Positions 1-12,141 are shown, counted from the first letter of the whole stretch. The stretch: 63,101 nucleotides of DNA, filler included, from Vannella sp. (GCA_023345925.1; 7 parts of 7 records of this genome joined end to end with filler, not necessarily neighbours in it), one strand, 5' to 3'. Numbers and translations are program-made. Notes: a model not told the origin generated them from the letters alone.

Positions 1-907
1 GACTTGGGCCTGAATCGGGAAGCAGACAGGATCGGAAGACTGTCGTTGGTCTTCTTCTGCGATGCCTTTAACGATAGTAAGCATTCGAGGACTATCTTGA
101 ATGGGATCATCGTCCAGTGTGATGCAGAGACGGTAGATCCCGCTGATAGGGGCCGAATAAGTGATATTGTAGCAGCAATCCTCATAAATCCTTTCAACAG
201 AGAACTCGACCACTTGTTCCTCTTCCAACGTTTCATAGTGAGCCAAAGTATGTCGGAATTCAACATCAATTGTTGGCTCCACTGCAGTCTGGAGGAAGTT
301 GCCGGGATTCACCAAAACAGGATTTCCCAAAATGTCGGCTAATATCACTTGGAAGGTACTGGGTGTCTGACTAACCCCTCCAGTGCTTCCTTTCCCTTCT
401 AGCCAACATCCCATAGAGTTGATGTTCCCTGTAGGGTGCTCCAGATCAATACAAGACCAAATCATCACCTTAAAACTGCTCACCTGCGCGGACTACCAAC
501 TGGATAGTCTGGTGGATGCTCGTCCCGGGAACAGATAGAAGTAATTGGTAGGGAGAAGCAAAAGCACAGCAGAAGGAGACTTGGTACAGGAAGCTGGACG
601 ATTCGGGAGGAGTCGCAAGAAACGTTATCTCTGCAAAGAAGGGTTCCGGTTCATCCCGGTGGCCCATTTGAACTGGAAGTAGCAGATCCATCCGCGGTGA
701 GACGATCACTTCGATATCACGGCAGTTCTCAGGCTCTGGTGGGTGTGGAAGGTCCAACTGATTCACTTCAACAAAGAACTCTCCCGGATAGCCCGCCACA
801 CATCCCCCCAGACCATCTCCATACACCCTCACCATTCCCCTCGGCACAATCATCCGCTCATCCTCATCCTGGAGCTCCACCACGCCCTCCCACTCGCCCC
901 CAACCAT
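1..907 (-). CDS. Filamin/ABP280-type Ig-repeat protein, 3' end runs off the window
   Basis: Exon 1 has VRVYGDGLGGCVAGYPGEFFVE. After a GTGAG...CTACAG intron (~430-482) the frame continues GCWLEGKGSTGGVSQTPSTFQVILADILGNP. Both match the filamin-repeat start motif. Confidence 0.65.
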
Positions 908-998
908 CCTCCCCGTCCCAGGGTTCCAACAAATGGCCGTTCCCGGCTTTCCGTTCCATTTAACCTTAAAAAAGAGGGAATTTGGAAGTCATTTAAAG

Positions 999-2140
<1,142 letters not shown>

Positions 2141-2300
2141 ATGGGTTCGGCCTAAAATTGACTTACAGTACTCGAATGGAACGGCATTCAAATCGACATC
2201 CTCCGCTTCGAGAAGGAGAGCCTCATGACAATTGAACTCTTTGGATGAGGCAAAGGGGAAGAGGACTTGGCAGGATGCAAGAAACTGAAAATAATGTCTT

Positions 2301-3353
2301 TTACATGAACCCAAGCGGATGGGCTTGTTTTCGATAGGCTTTCCCTCCATCATCAAACCCAAGCATGAAGCCGCACATTGTGAAGAGCGAGTCCAAATGA
2401 GGATGCTCCTTGAGAAGAGCCTCCTTTGCGTTAAGCCAGATGGCTAACGGATGGTAGACACTTTCTCCCGGCCGCCCTTCCTTTTCAAAGCGGTCCCACG
2501 CTTCCTCAATCTCCTTCTTGAAGCGGTAGTTGCATGGATTGGTGCCTCTGGTATAGTGAATAGACCGCACTCGCTTGGGGTCCCACTCTTCAGGCCTCGT
2601 AAAGAACACATTGGCATTGGCACCGTCGTACTTGTAGTCTATTTCCCTCCATTGGTTCTTCCAGTAATGGTTCTGGAAGGGCTGGTCGCCTCCTGTGGGA
2701 CTGAAGAACAACGAGCTGTTCCCAGTCATGTAACAGAATGTCTCTGCCCCAGGAGTGATCACCATGAAGCCTGCATTGAAGAAGGAGGGATCAGTCCAGT
2801 CCCCTTCTGTAGAAGCAAAGTTCCTGCCCGCATACACAGGCCCAGGGAGGTGGCAGAGGTCGTCTGAGTTGCGAGTGTAGACAAAGTCCGAGTCCGAGTA
2901 GATCACCTTCTTGTAGTCGGTCAGTTGCCAAGCTCTAAGCTTTGTGAAGTTGTCTTGCAAGTGCTTGCGCTTGATGGTGCGGTTGGGGTTCGCTACAGCG
3001 TCGATACGGATGACGATCACCCCCAAGCTCCTCACGGCTTCGGCTACTTCTTCCCAGATGTTCGGAGTGATCATCACTACGATGTCGCTCGCTGTTCCTG
3101 TCTTCTGTAGGGAGTGAACGGCAACAGCAAAGCACGGGAAGAAGTCATTCGACGAGAGGAGAAACAGAAACGCGCAGTCTGATTGCCTCTGAGCCGCAGG
3201 AACGTGCATCGCGCTCTTCTCCACCACGCATTCTCTCTCCTGAGAAGAGTTAAATGTTAGGACTAGCAGCAGTAGCCCACAGAGGATGATCGACCAAGCT
3301 ATCAACGGGGCCTTCTCCCTCTGGGCAGGACGAGATCGCTGAACCCCTCCCAT
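2301..3353 (-). CDS. Glycosyltransferase family 8 (glycogenin-like), type II membrane protein, intronless
   Basis: N-terminal TM helix; motifs FTKLRAWQLTDYKKVIYSDSD (DxD), FNAGFMVITP, GGDQ and IHY. Confidence 0.85.
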   Translation of the reverse strand: MGGVQRSRPAQREKAPLIAWSIILCGLLLLVLTFNSSQERECVVEKSAMHVPAAQRQSDCAFLFLLSSNDFFPCFAVAVHSLQKTGTASDIVVMITPNIWEEVAEAVRSLGVIVIRIDAVANPNRTIKRKHLQDNFTKLRAWQLTDYKKVIYSDSDFVYTRNSDDLCHLPGPVYAGRNFASTEGDWTDPSFFNAGFMVITPGAETFCYMTGNSSLFFSPTGGDQPFQNHYWKNQWREIDYKYDGANANVFFTRPEEWDPKRVRSIHYTRGTNPCNYRFKKEIEEAWDRFEKEGRPGESVYHPLAIWLNAKEALLKEHPHLDSLFTMCGFMLGFDDGGKAYRKQAHPLGFM

Positions 3354-3719
3354 CACGATATGGTTCCTTATCAACGCCCGGTTTGGCTTCTAAATCCAAC
3401 GACTAAAGATCTTCAGGTTCCCAGCCAGAGACCAGCACTGGAAACGCCGGCAGCATGGAGGAGTGGTGGAGGCACGTTGATCACGCTCATCAGACTCGCT
3501 AACTTCCTCGCAAGAGCTTCTCCTGTCAATCCAGTGCTTCTCGTGTTAAGAAACGAGTTGGAGTGGACCATTTTCTCGAAAAAAAAGAAAAAAAAGAACT
3601 TGATTCGCAAAAAAAGAAAACCCGTTTAGTCACCAGAACCTCTTTGAGACGAAAAATATTTCAGTTCCAAGGGTCAAATCTTGTGACTCACAAGGTCCAC
3701 GGTTCAGTTTTTGCTAAAC

Positions 3720-4571
3720 ATGTTTGGCAGCCCCTGCTCTCACAGCTTTCTCATTGAGGACTCGGCTCGAACTCTCTGGTTCAGTAGTGGCTCGCCCCTC
3801 TTACCACTTAGACAGATGCCTCAGGCTCTCAAGGTGAAGGGGGCTGCTTTTGCGGGCACATTTTGTGTCCTTGTGGATGCGGAGGGAAGCGCTTACAAGA
3901 CGGACAAAGAGTTTACCACCCTGCTGCCTCTGGAGGGGCTTCCAGGGGTGAGGATGGTGGCAGCTGAGGGCACCACAGTGTTAGCAGTGGACTTTCAAGG
4001 CGTGGTTTGGCTAATTCACCAAACAGGAGCGGCCACTATCGACCAAAGGCTGTCACATCTTCGCATTTACCAAATCACTCGCGGTTATCGCTTCCTCCTC
4101 GCCCAGGACGAGGAAGGAAAGCTTTGGAGTTGGGGCACTAACTCCCACGGCCAACTGGGAGTGCCAGGCGTGGCTAAACTCAAGGAGGTCACTCACACCA
4201 AGGTTGAAGGTCTCCCTACTGGTCCGTTTCGATGTCTGTCTGCTGGATGGGACTTTTCCTTTCTCATAGACTGCGAAGGAGGCGCTTGGGCATGCGGAAA
4301 CAACGAGTTTGGCCAGATGGCGAACGGCTCTCTCCAAAAGGTGGAGACATTCACAAAGATGCCTTCGCTACCTCCACTGGAGAGTGCGAGTGTGGGTGGT
4401 AGGCATGTGCTTGCAAAGGGCGAAGAGAAGGAGACGTGGGTGTGGGGCTGTAATGCTGGACGTCGTCTAGGATTGGAGGAAGTGACGCCTCGAACGCTGC
4501 AACACACGTCTCTCAACCAATCCATTTCGAACGAGTGCAGGGCGGTTCTATTCTCTGATGGCAGTGTCTGA
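3720..4571 (+). CDS. RCC1-repeat beta-propeller protein (3' end uncertain; may be frameshifted and continue to ~4672)
   Basis: Repeats LWSWGTNSHGQLG, AWACGNNEFGQMA and TWVWGCNAGRRLG. Confidence 0.8.
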   Translation: MFGSPCSHSFLIEDSARTLWFSSGSPLLPLRQMPQALKVKGAAFAGTFCVLVDAEGSAYKTDKEFTTLLPLEGLPGVRMVAAEGTTVLAVDFQGVVWLIHQTGAATIDQRLSHLRIYQITRGYRFLLAQDEEGKLWSWGTNSHGQLGVPGVAKLKEVTHTKVEGLPTGPFRCLSAGWDFSFLIDCEGGAWACGNNEFGQMANGSLQKVETFTKMPSLPPLESASVGGRHVLAKGEEKETWVWGCNAGRRLGLEEVTPRTLQHTSLNQSISNECRAVLFSDGSV

Positions 4572-4972
4572 TGGCATTGTCTCCTTCCACGGGAATCAGG
4601 ACAGCACAGACGAGGAGTGGCCGTCATTTTTCCTCACCGCACCCAGCAGGATGAAAAGCGCCCGCAGTTGAGGTGAATGGATGGGTCTGAATCAACACCA
4701 GACATCCCTCCGGCCCCTGGCGGGCCGGACCGCCATCTGATGAGATCTCTTGCATAAAGATTGAACAGGTTCCTCCTTGTTGATCAAGCAGACACCTCCT
4801 CGAGCCTGAAAGCCCCAAGTACAGGGAGAGGACCCCAAAGTACTCCAAAGGGCACCCGTTGGGGGACTTAATCTCCCTCTGACTTGGGAAGGATGGTGAT
4901 TCCCAGGAACATGTTATAACTAGGAATGCTCCTAATTCTACGCGGGAAATCATTTTTGGGCATTCCTTGGGG

Positions 4973-7900
4973 ATGGACGTGACCCTGACTTCGGCGGAGG
5001 GCCTCCAGACGTTCCAGAATCGCTTTGGGGAAGAGGTTACTGTTGGGGAAGTCTTGTTTTGGTTGCAGTACAAGGCAGGCTTGGCCAGTGAGAGGCCTCT
5101 CCTTGTAGATGAGGAAGGGACACCGATCGCCCTTTCAGAGCGAGCCAGTCCTGTGATGTACTACACATCATCCCAAGGCCTTGCAACCAGTGCTTCCACT
5201 GCTCGGGTCTTCCCTAAGCAGATGGAGATTGCTCAGGAGCTCTTTAACACAGCCAAATGGATCCTTGAGCAGGAGAGCGGAGTTCCCATCTCAGAACAGT
5301 TCGACGGCATTGAGTACGTGGTGTGCGTACCTTCTATGAAGAACCTAGTATCTCAAACAAAGGTTCGCATGAGAGACTTGAACTTGGAACCCAACGTACT
5401 CATGTATATGATGAACGGAAGCCACCTACAGAAGATGAAGACTCTGCATTGCCGCATCAAGCACAGTCCACGCACACTCTTTATCATGGTGGCAGATGAG
5501 TGTCATTGGGGTATTGGTTTACCAGAAAGCCAAACGGACAGGGACGGAGCCGCACATATGTTCTTGAACCCTCCAGAGTTATGCGAATGCTCTAATTTCC
5601 TGATTCTGGGAGTCAGTGCGACCCCTTACAACGTTCTGACAAAAACTTCGCGACTTCCGTTCCTGTTTGAGCTCCAAGAAGACTACCTCCAAGCCTCATT
5701 GTCGAAAGGAGACCTATTCAGAGTGCTAGAAAGAGGGAATATTTGGAGAGGGCGCGTGGAAGGACAAACTAGGGAAGTAGAGTTACCTCCAGAGTTTCTT
5801 TTGAAGCAAAAACACAAACACATCGTCTCTTGGGTAAGGAATGTCACCCGAGAGAATGGACTTTTGGACCATCAGATGGACGAAGCACCTTATCTACGAA
5901 TTGAATACTTCCTTCGCTCTATCAACACCCCAACACCTAAGATACGGATGGACGCCGATTTTGAGCGCTTGGCAGACGATTTGAACGAGTCCCTGAGCAA
6001 TGGATCGTATCAGGATCTTATAATAGCAGAGTATGTCTTAGCAGTGCTCTTTGCTGGCTTCATTTACTTTGGTGAAGACCCAAAATCCTTTTGGACAGAG
6101 GTTAAGCAGATTGCAAAGTGGGAAGTTCCTGGAGAGTTTCTCCTTCAAATGAAAAAGACTGGGGACAATGCCGATTATCTGGCCCGAATTCAGCGCCATG
6201 CTGACTTGATTGTAAATGACTGGATTGCGAAAACGAAACTCTCTGGAGCTCAAGCCGGCCAGGAAATAGATGATGCCTCCATCCGTGCTAGAATCATTCA
6301 AGAGAAGAGGGCTGGGCGTGGAGATTGCTATACGACAGCAGACAGAGCCCTTCGAAGAATAGTATATTTGAGGGAAGCTGTTGCTATCCGCATTAGTCCC
6401 AAAGAGGATGCCTTTGCTCTATCCAACATGCTCCAAATAGCCAGGGAGCGTTGTCAGCACTCTTTAGAAACCAAATTTGCGATTGTTTGCAACACTGCAC
6501 AGCGAAAGCTGATCGATTCATCCGAATTCTTACTGCAGCCTCTGGTGTCCGATGCAAAGCGCAAAATGAACGAACGCAACAACCGTAAAAGAGCGAAAGT
6601 GAGCGCGGTTCTCACCCTTGAGCAGTTGGATGTACCATGCTTGCTCATTCTTATTAATATTGGGAAAATGGGAGACACCTTCCCTTGCAACTTTCGGATG
6701 TTTGATCTTCGGGCTATGTATCGCTCTAGAAAAACCAAACCAGCTTTATCAACGTTTATTCAATCCTTGGGACGCATGTGCAAGTATCTGAAGGAAGATG
6801 ATTGCCCTTCTGCCTTTCTGAGTGAGCCTCTTTACAATTCTGTTAAAGAAGCCGTCACAATTCGACAGAGTGACCCAGACAAACAGCTCACTCTACAGCT
6901 TCCTTTTTTTATTGATGGCAAGATAAGCACTCATGACAAGGCTTCTCAGACGTATGAGAGACATGGAGGATTCACAGGGGTGGTGGACGCAACTGAAAAA
7001 TCGTATGACTTTGAGAATTCAATAAGCCATTGTCGCCGTATGATTCTACAAGCCGAGCCGCAAGTGGGAAAGACAACTGCATTCTTATGGTTCCTTAAGC
7101 TCCTCCAAAAGCACTTAGGAAGTCCAAGCGAGGAGTGCATTAGCCCCGAAGAGTCAGAAGCGCATGAGAATCTACCCGGTCGCCTGACTGCCATTCCATA
7201 CTGGAATGACCTTGTCAGGATTCCACCTTCTTCCAGTAGCATCACTCCTCTGTCCAAACTAACAAAAATATACAGACAACGTCTCAAGTGGCTCACCCAA
7301 GCAGGTAACACCAAAGACTGGCTTTCACAGTACCTTCAGCTTGTTCGAGGAGTAGCCAATTCACAAATGGATATCGGAGAGGATGTACTATCCCCAAGCC
7401 TCCGGGCAAAGTTGGATAGACTTCTGGTTAACTGGGGAGATTTAACAAATCCTACAGTGGAGCCGGATTACCCAGAGCTTGCCTGGCGACTGGCCAATTG
7501 GGATGGACGCCTTGATAGAGTCAAAAAGGAAGTTCAGATAGACCAAACAAAAGCTTCCCCACCAGAGAGCAACAAGACTATTGGTTGGGTTAATTTCCTT
7601 CCTCCGATTTCCAGCAAAGCCCTTTCAGTCCGGTCTGCTACTGCAGTTGCAAGCTCTCTTTCTTCTGTCTCCATGAAAACACTCCGCTTGGATCTCACAG
7701 CCATCTCCCGTCAAAACGAATTTGGAGTCCATCTTCAAAGGTCTCATGCACGCCTTTCTGTACCAGATGTAACTCAGTTCCAAGGAGTTAGATCGCTTAA
7801 TGACCTATTTGTCTTCTCTCCATCTGAGGCTAATCGAATTATAGGTTGCAATCCAGCGCATTTAGAACAGTTAAACGTGAACAGAAAAGATTTTTGGATC

Positions 7901-9592
7901 TTTTCGCCCTCTTACAGTGGCACTAATGCCCGTGAACCCAGACTTGACTTCTTCCCAAACATTCCGCATGGACAGCGCCCCATTCATGTTGTTGTTGTGC
8001 GATCTGAAGAGTTCCAAACGTACCAAACGCTCTGGGGCACCCAAAAACTTATCTTGGAGTTGCCAAATCAACTGACAGTCCATGGGCGAGTTATTTCTCC
8101 TCTGATTGGAAAGACAGGTTATGCTCGCTTCTTTATCCAGCTGACTGCCTTCATCTTAAAGCTGCCATCTATCTGGATGGTGGATGACAACATTCTATAC
8201 ACTATCCGCCAGTTCCCAGGAGAAGAGCCTTTCCCATGTCCAATTCGGGAGCCTATGGCATTTATTGAGTCCTTGTTGAGTCCGATACCCGAAGACACTT
8301 GGCAGGAAATGAGAAAGCAAGTTGTCAAGTTGCCTGCTCTGCCCAAGGGAGGAATCTTTGGGGCATTTGGTAATGACACATTTGAGAAGCCTTCTTCATT
8401 TGACTATAGTGGAGATCCGTTTCAAGACTACGCTGCTATTGGCCTTGCAAGAAACACAATGGCATCGTTGAAGCATTGCCGTTATTCCCCCTGGCAATCC
8501 ACTTCCAACTTCTCTTCCTTCATGCTATTGAATGTTGGTGCTATTCCTTTGGGGATAAGGTATCCTTTCAAGGATATCTGGGAGGAGGAAGACTTTCTTT
8601 GGCATTGCCACGAGAAAAAGGAAAGCCCTCTCCGACAATTAGCTGTTGTCCAATGTGGGCTGTTCCATTTCAGCAAAGTGGGAGGAATAGAGATTGTTCC
8701 ACGGACACAAAACGGTCTTCTTCGATGGCATCACAATCTCACGTTCTCTGAGCATGAATGTTCCATCCATGCCAAGCACATTTCTCTCTTCCATCAGTGG
8801 AAGAACGCCCGTGGGATTACAAAAGTTACCGCCACTGACACAACTTCAATCCCAGAAGAAGTCTTCAAACTCGTTACGAAGAACTCTGATCCAACCATGG
8901 CCAAGTGGGCCAAGTTAGTCAAGTTAGCACCCTGTTTGTCCGTTTCTTGGACAAAAGAGGAATTGAGAGACTTGGCCAATGTAGAGCTTTCGCAGATTTA
9001 TGTGTTTGCTGACCTGGGAGCAGCACCTTCTTCAGGACATGCCTTGGAGCTTGTGGAAGGCCAAATCATTCGGCCACTCTTTGCTGGGTTAAGTCGTCCT
9101 ATCAAATCATTTGCAGTGGAAAGTGCGCATTTGTTGGCTGATAATGATCTCTCCATCAATTGCCGGGGCCCCACCTTTTGGCATCGCCTTGCATTAATCA
9201 CTGTCACTTTACGGAAACCTCCTCGCACAGAATCTTCACAAGAGGCAACTCCGAAAGTAGTGGGAGATAGGACACCATCTCCATCAGATGATCATACCTT
9301 CCCAACAGTAGATGAACTACGCCGTTATGGTAAACCAGTGCCACTAACAAAGGATGATTTAAAGAATCTTCCGGAATTCAACGAGTCACCAACTCGCCAG
9401 TACATCAAAGACCGGAGACTCTACGCGGTGTATAAGAGCCAAGTATTTCTTGTTATCAGAAGGCACAGCAAAGAGGCTCTCCAAGTCGAATCCCCCGGCA
9501 ATAAGATATCCTATCCTTCTCCAGGGAAAACGGACCTTTTCCATTTCACAGGAGCCAAGTCCATCCCCTTCGAACTCGACAGAAAGGACTAA
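4973..9592 (+). CDS. GREB1-like protein: circularly permuted SF2 helicase plus C-terminal TAGT/GT-A glycosyltransferase, intronless
   Basis: Motif Ia VCVPSMKNLVSQT, II DECH (5495), III SATP (5615), V GKMGDTFP and VI QSLGR (6761) all precede Walker A AEPQVGKT (7052). The C-terminal part has FSPSY, HVVVVRSEEFQTYQTLW, GYARFFI, IWMVDDN (8171) and EEEDF, as in GREB1/JGT-like glycosyltransferases. Confidence 0.8.
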   Translation: MDVTLTSAEGLQTFQNRFGEEVTVGEVLFWLQYKAGLASERPLLVDEEGTPIALSERASPVMYYTSSQGLATSASTARVFPKQMEIAQELFNTAKWILEQESGVPISEQFDGIEYVVCVPSMKNLVSQTKVRMRDLNLEPNVLMYMMNGSHLQKMKTLHCRIKHSPRTLFIMVADECHWGIGLPESQTDRDGAAHMFLNPPELCECSNFLILGVSATPYNVLTKTSRLPFLFELQEDYLQASLSKGDLFRVLERGNIWRGRVEGQTREVELPPEFLLKQKHKHIVSWVRNVTRENGLLDHQMDEAPYLRIEYFLRSINTPTPKIRMDADFERLADDLNESLSNGSYQDLIIAEYVLAVLFAGFIYFGEDPKSFWTEVKQIAKWEVPGEFLLQMKKTGDNADYLARIQRHADLIVNDWIAKTKLSGAQAGQEIDDASIRARIIQEKRAGRGDCYTTADRALRRIVYLREAVAIRISPKEDAFALSNMLQIARERCQHSLETKFAIVCNTAQRKLIDSSEFLLQPLVSDAKRKMNERNNRKRAKVSAVLTLEQLDVPCLLILINIGKMGDTFPCNFRMFDLRAMYRSRKTKPALSTFIQSLGRMCKYLKEDDCPSAFLSEPLYNSVKEAVTIRQSDPDKQLTLQLPFFIDGKISTHDKASQTYERHGGFTGVVDATEKSYDFENSISHCRRMILQAEPQVGKTTAFLWFLKLLQKHLGSPSEECISPEESEAHENLPGRLTAIPYWNDLVRIPPSSSSITPLSKLTKIYRQRLKWLTQAGNTKDWLSQYLQLVRGVANSQMDIGEDVLSPSLRAKLDRLLVNWGDLTNPTVEPDYPELAWRLANWDGRLDRVKKEVQIDQTKASPPESNKTIGWVNFLPPISSKALSVRSATAVASSLSSVSMKTLRLDLTAISRQNEFGVHLQRSHARLSVPDVTQFQGVRSLNDLFVFSPSEANRIIGCNPAHLEQLNVNRKDFWIFSPSYSGTNAREPRLDFFPNIPHGQRPIHVVVVRSEEFQTYQTLWGTQKLILELPNQLTVHGRVISPLIGKTGYARFFIQLTAFILKLPSIWMVDDNILYTIRQFPGEEPFPCPIREPMAFIESLLSPIPEDTWQEMRKQVVKLPALPKGGIFGAFGNDTFEKPSSFDYSGDPFQDYAAIGLARNTMASLKHCRYSPWQSTSNFSSFMLLNVGAIPLGIRYPFKDIWEEEDFLWHCHEKKESPLRQLAVVQCGLFHFSKVGGIEIVPRTQNGLLRWHHNLTFSEHECSIHAKHISLFHQWKNARGITKVTATDTTSIPEEVFKLVTKNSDPTMAKWAKLVKLAPCLSVSWTKEELRDLANVELSQIYVFADLGAAPSSGHALELVEGQIIRPLFAGLSRPIKSFAVESAHLLADNDLSINCRGPTFWHRLALITVTLRKPPRTESSQEATPKVVGDRTPSPSDDHTFPTVDELRRYGKPVPLTKDDLKNLPEFNESPTRQYIKDRRLYAVYKSQVFLVIRRHSKEALQVESPGNKISYPSPGKTDLFHFTGAKSIPFELDRKD

Positions 9593-9816
9593 ACATCTGA
9601 CTCACTACCTCGAAGCATTTCCTTTGTTAGATCATCACACCCGGACTGCAAGTTTCCAGTACTAAATCTGGTTTAGCGGGAGTTTCCTTGTACTGAAAAT
9701 CCACGAGTGAAGGGGAAGAGGGGGCCGGATTGCCCCACTAAACCACGTCCGCTGGCCTTGGTTGAAAAGTGCCTCTCAATTCGACGTCCAAAAACTCAAA
9801 TTCCTCATCCACGAAA

Positions 9817-9918
9817 GGAATGTTGAGGTATGGTGGAATGTTCGCTAACATTCCTCACATTCCTGTCGGAAGGAATGTGAGGAATGTAAGGAATGTAAGG
9901 AATGTTCGCATACATTCC
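9817..9918. promoter_or_regulatory. Cluster of nine GGAATGT/ACATTCC motifs (MCAT/TEA-domain-like sites)
   Basis: GGAATG at 9817, 9835, 9872, 9881, 9890 and 9899; CATTCC at 9849, 9858 and 9913. Several are at 9-bp spacing, ~130 bp upstream of an ankyrin gene. Confidence 0.45.
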
Positions 9919-10048
9919 TGGCGGAAGCCATTTTTGATGAATCCTTCTTCATCCGGAAAAGACATGTCCTGCCCCTGCAGTAGCTCGCTTTCTTGCATTG
10001 CTTTTCGGCCTAAGGGACGATGGGGGCACATTCAGTCGACCCCTTCTG

Positions 10049-10480
10049 ATGACCACTTGGAACCCCCTGATCCGGCTTCTGGTTGGAAAACCCTTCTGTG
10101 AGGAGGAGATGAACCTCCTAAAGTCCCACATTCACTCAGAAACAGTCTTGGGAAGCACTCCTCTCCATTTTGCAGCCTTAAGAAAGGACACGCGGTTCCT
10201 CTCATTTTTACTGCGCCATGACGTTGACATCAACACTCCCAACTACTACAACGAAACCCCCCTTCACTGGGCCGTCAAGGGAGGACACAAAGAGACGGTC
10301 GAGTTCCTTCTCTCGTGCGGAGCCAAAGTCGACCTTTTAGACTCCGAACACAAATCTGCCAAAGACTGGGCTGTTGAAGAGGACCATGTCCATCTCCTTC
10401 CACTGTTCCCTAAGCGAAGGAAACCCCATTTCTTCGTTCCCCTCTTGCATCATCGCATCCCTGAACTGACTCTCTCGTAA
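10049..10480 (+). CDS. Small ankyrin-repeat protein
   Basis: Repeats STPLHFAA, ETPLHWAVKGGH and LDSEHKSAKDWA. Paralogous to the genes at 36526 and 37512. Confidence 0.85.
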   Translation: MTTWNPLIRLLVGKPFCEEEMNLLKSHIHSETVLGSTPLHFAALRKDTRFLSFLLRHDVDINTPNYYNETPLHWAVKGGHKETVEFLLSCGAKVDLLDSEHKSAKDWAVEEDHVHLLPLFPKRRKPHFFVPLLHHRIPELTLS

Positions 10481-10890
10481 CACATTGAGGAACTGACTCT
10501 CTCGTGACGTATGGAGGGGAACTGGCTTGTTATCCAGCCTGCGACTCATTAAACCTCTTCCAATGGGTCATGTACGAGTTCTGAGAGTTACTCTTGGCCA
10601 GTCTATCCTCAAGTCGGTGTAGGTTCGCGGTTCTGACTGGGATAGTCCATTGGGAGGAAGTTCCAGCAGTCTCCTCGCTTTTCTGTCCACTTGTTGAACA
10701 AGAGACGACGCAAAGAGTCGAATCTCGAAGGATTAGGACGTCTCCAAAGCAACACGAAGGAGAAACGCCTCCTTACCGAAGAGAAGGACGGAACTAACGC
10801 GAGGGAGGACTCTTTGGCTCGCCCTTTCATGCTTTATCAGTGCTGGTGCATGTGTGAGGGGAGTCCTTGGAAGGTGGGATCACTTGTTTG

Positions 10891-11821
10891 ATGGAGTGGG
10901 CGTTGTTGGCGGGGTCGGTGGCTGTGGGCGGGTTGTTCTGGTTGAATGCGAGCCCTTCGTTGGAGAAGACGTTTAGAGGGCGCAAGGTTCTGTTGAGTGG
11001 CGCATCTGCAGGTATTGGAGCGGCTCTGGGAAAGAAACTGGCCGCTTTGGGGGCGGAAGTTTGTCTTGTTGCTCGTCGAGAGGACCGCTTACTCGAGTTA
11101 CAGGTTTGTAACCACTCTCAATCGATGAGAGAGACAGATACTCACTCCCGTGAAGGCTCTGATTCACGCAGAGACTCCAAACAGCCGAGTACATGTGATT
11201 GTGGGGGATGTTGGCGAGAGAACAGACTGCAAACGCATCGTTGAAGCTTCTGCAGAGCTCATGGGAGGCATAGATGTACTCCTATTGAACGCTGGTATCG
11301 GCTGTTTAGTAGAGCTAGAGAAGGTGCCCGAAGAGGACCTCGCAGTGGCTCAAGAGGTGATGAATGTCAACTACCTGGCGAACGTGCACCTCTCCTTCTA
11401 CGCGCTCCCCCTTCTACGAGTCTCTCGTGGTATGATCATCGTCAATAGCTCTCTAGCTGGGATTGGATGGAGCCCAGGAAGGTGCTTTTACTCCGCCAGC
11501 AAGCACGCACTTCGTGGTTTCTTCAACTCGCTGCGCTGTGAGGTGGGCCACGAAGTACAAGTCACTATGACCTATCCCGGCTTTGTAATGTCGGAGATCC
11601 ACGACCGCGCCTACCATGAGAAGGGCAAACCACTCCAACGCAGTGGAGACTTCATGAGCGCGGAGCGTTGCGCTGAGTTGATCTTACAGGGAGCTGCCAA
11701 AGGTTCCAGAGACTATTGTATGACATGGCTTGGCAGTTTTGCTCTGAAGACCACGCCGTTCCTGGGATCTTTGAACGACATTCTCGCCATCCGCAAGGCC
11801 AACTCTGGAATTAAGCAATAA
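10891..11821 (+). CDS. Short-chain dehydrogenase/reductase (11-beta-HSD/DHRS7-like), 2 exons
   Basis: N-terminal TM; motifs SGASAGIG, NAG and YSASK; intron ~11104-11155. Confidence 0.9.
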
Positions 11822-12041
11822 TCAGATCTCAACCACACTCCCCTTATCTCCTTCTTCATCGATACCTGTCCTCACCAGACTAGACTAGTATCTACCTCGA
11901 ATCAGAGTACTCTTAATGAGATAGTCTCTTGAGGGTTTGGCCGATAGTGGAATACCTTCATTGATGAAGGCTGGGATGTTACCTTCAACCGTGAATGAAG
12001 AAAGTACGCCAAAAAGGGTTGAGAGAAACGACGAGAGACAG

Positions 12042-12141
12042 NNNNNNNNNNNNNNNNNNNNNNNNNNNNNNNNNNNNNNNNNNNNTTAATTAATTAANNN
12101 NNNNNNNNNNNNNNNNNNNNNNNNNNNNNNNNNNNNNNNNN
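12042..12141. other. Artificial contig linker (N44-TTAATTAATTAA-N44)
   Basis: 100-nt N run with a six-frame stop linker, repeated identically six times in the window. Confidence 0.98.

Noticed and set aside
12042..12141. TTAATTAATTAA palindromes within N runs (six sites)
   Set aside because: Artificial contig-joining linkers; ORFs reading into X residues are artefacts.
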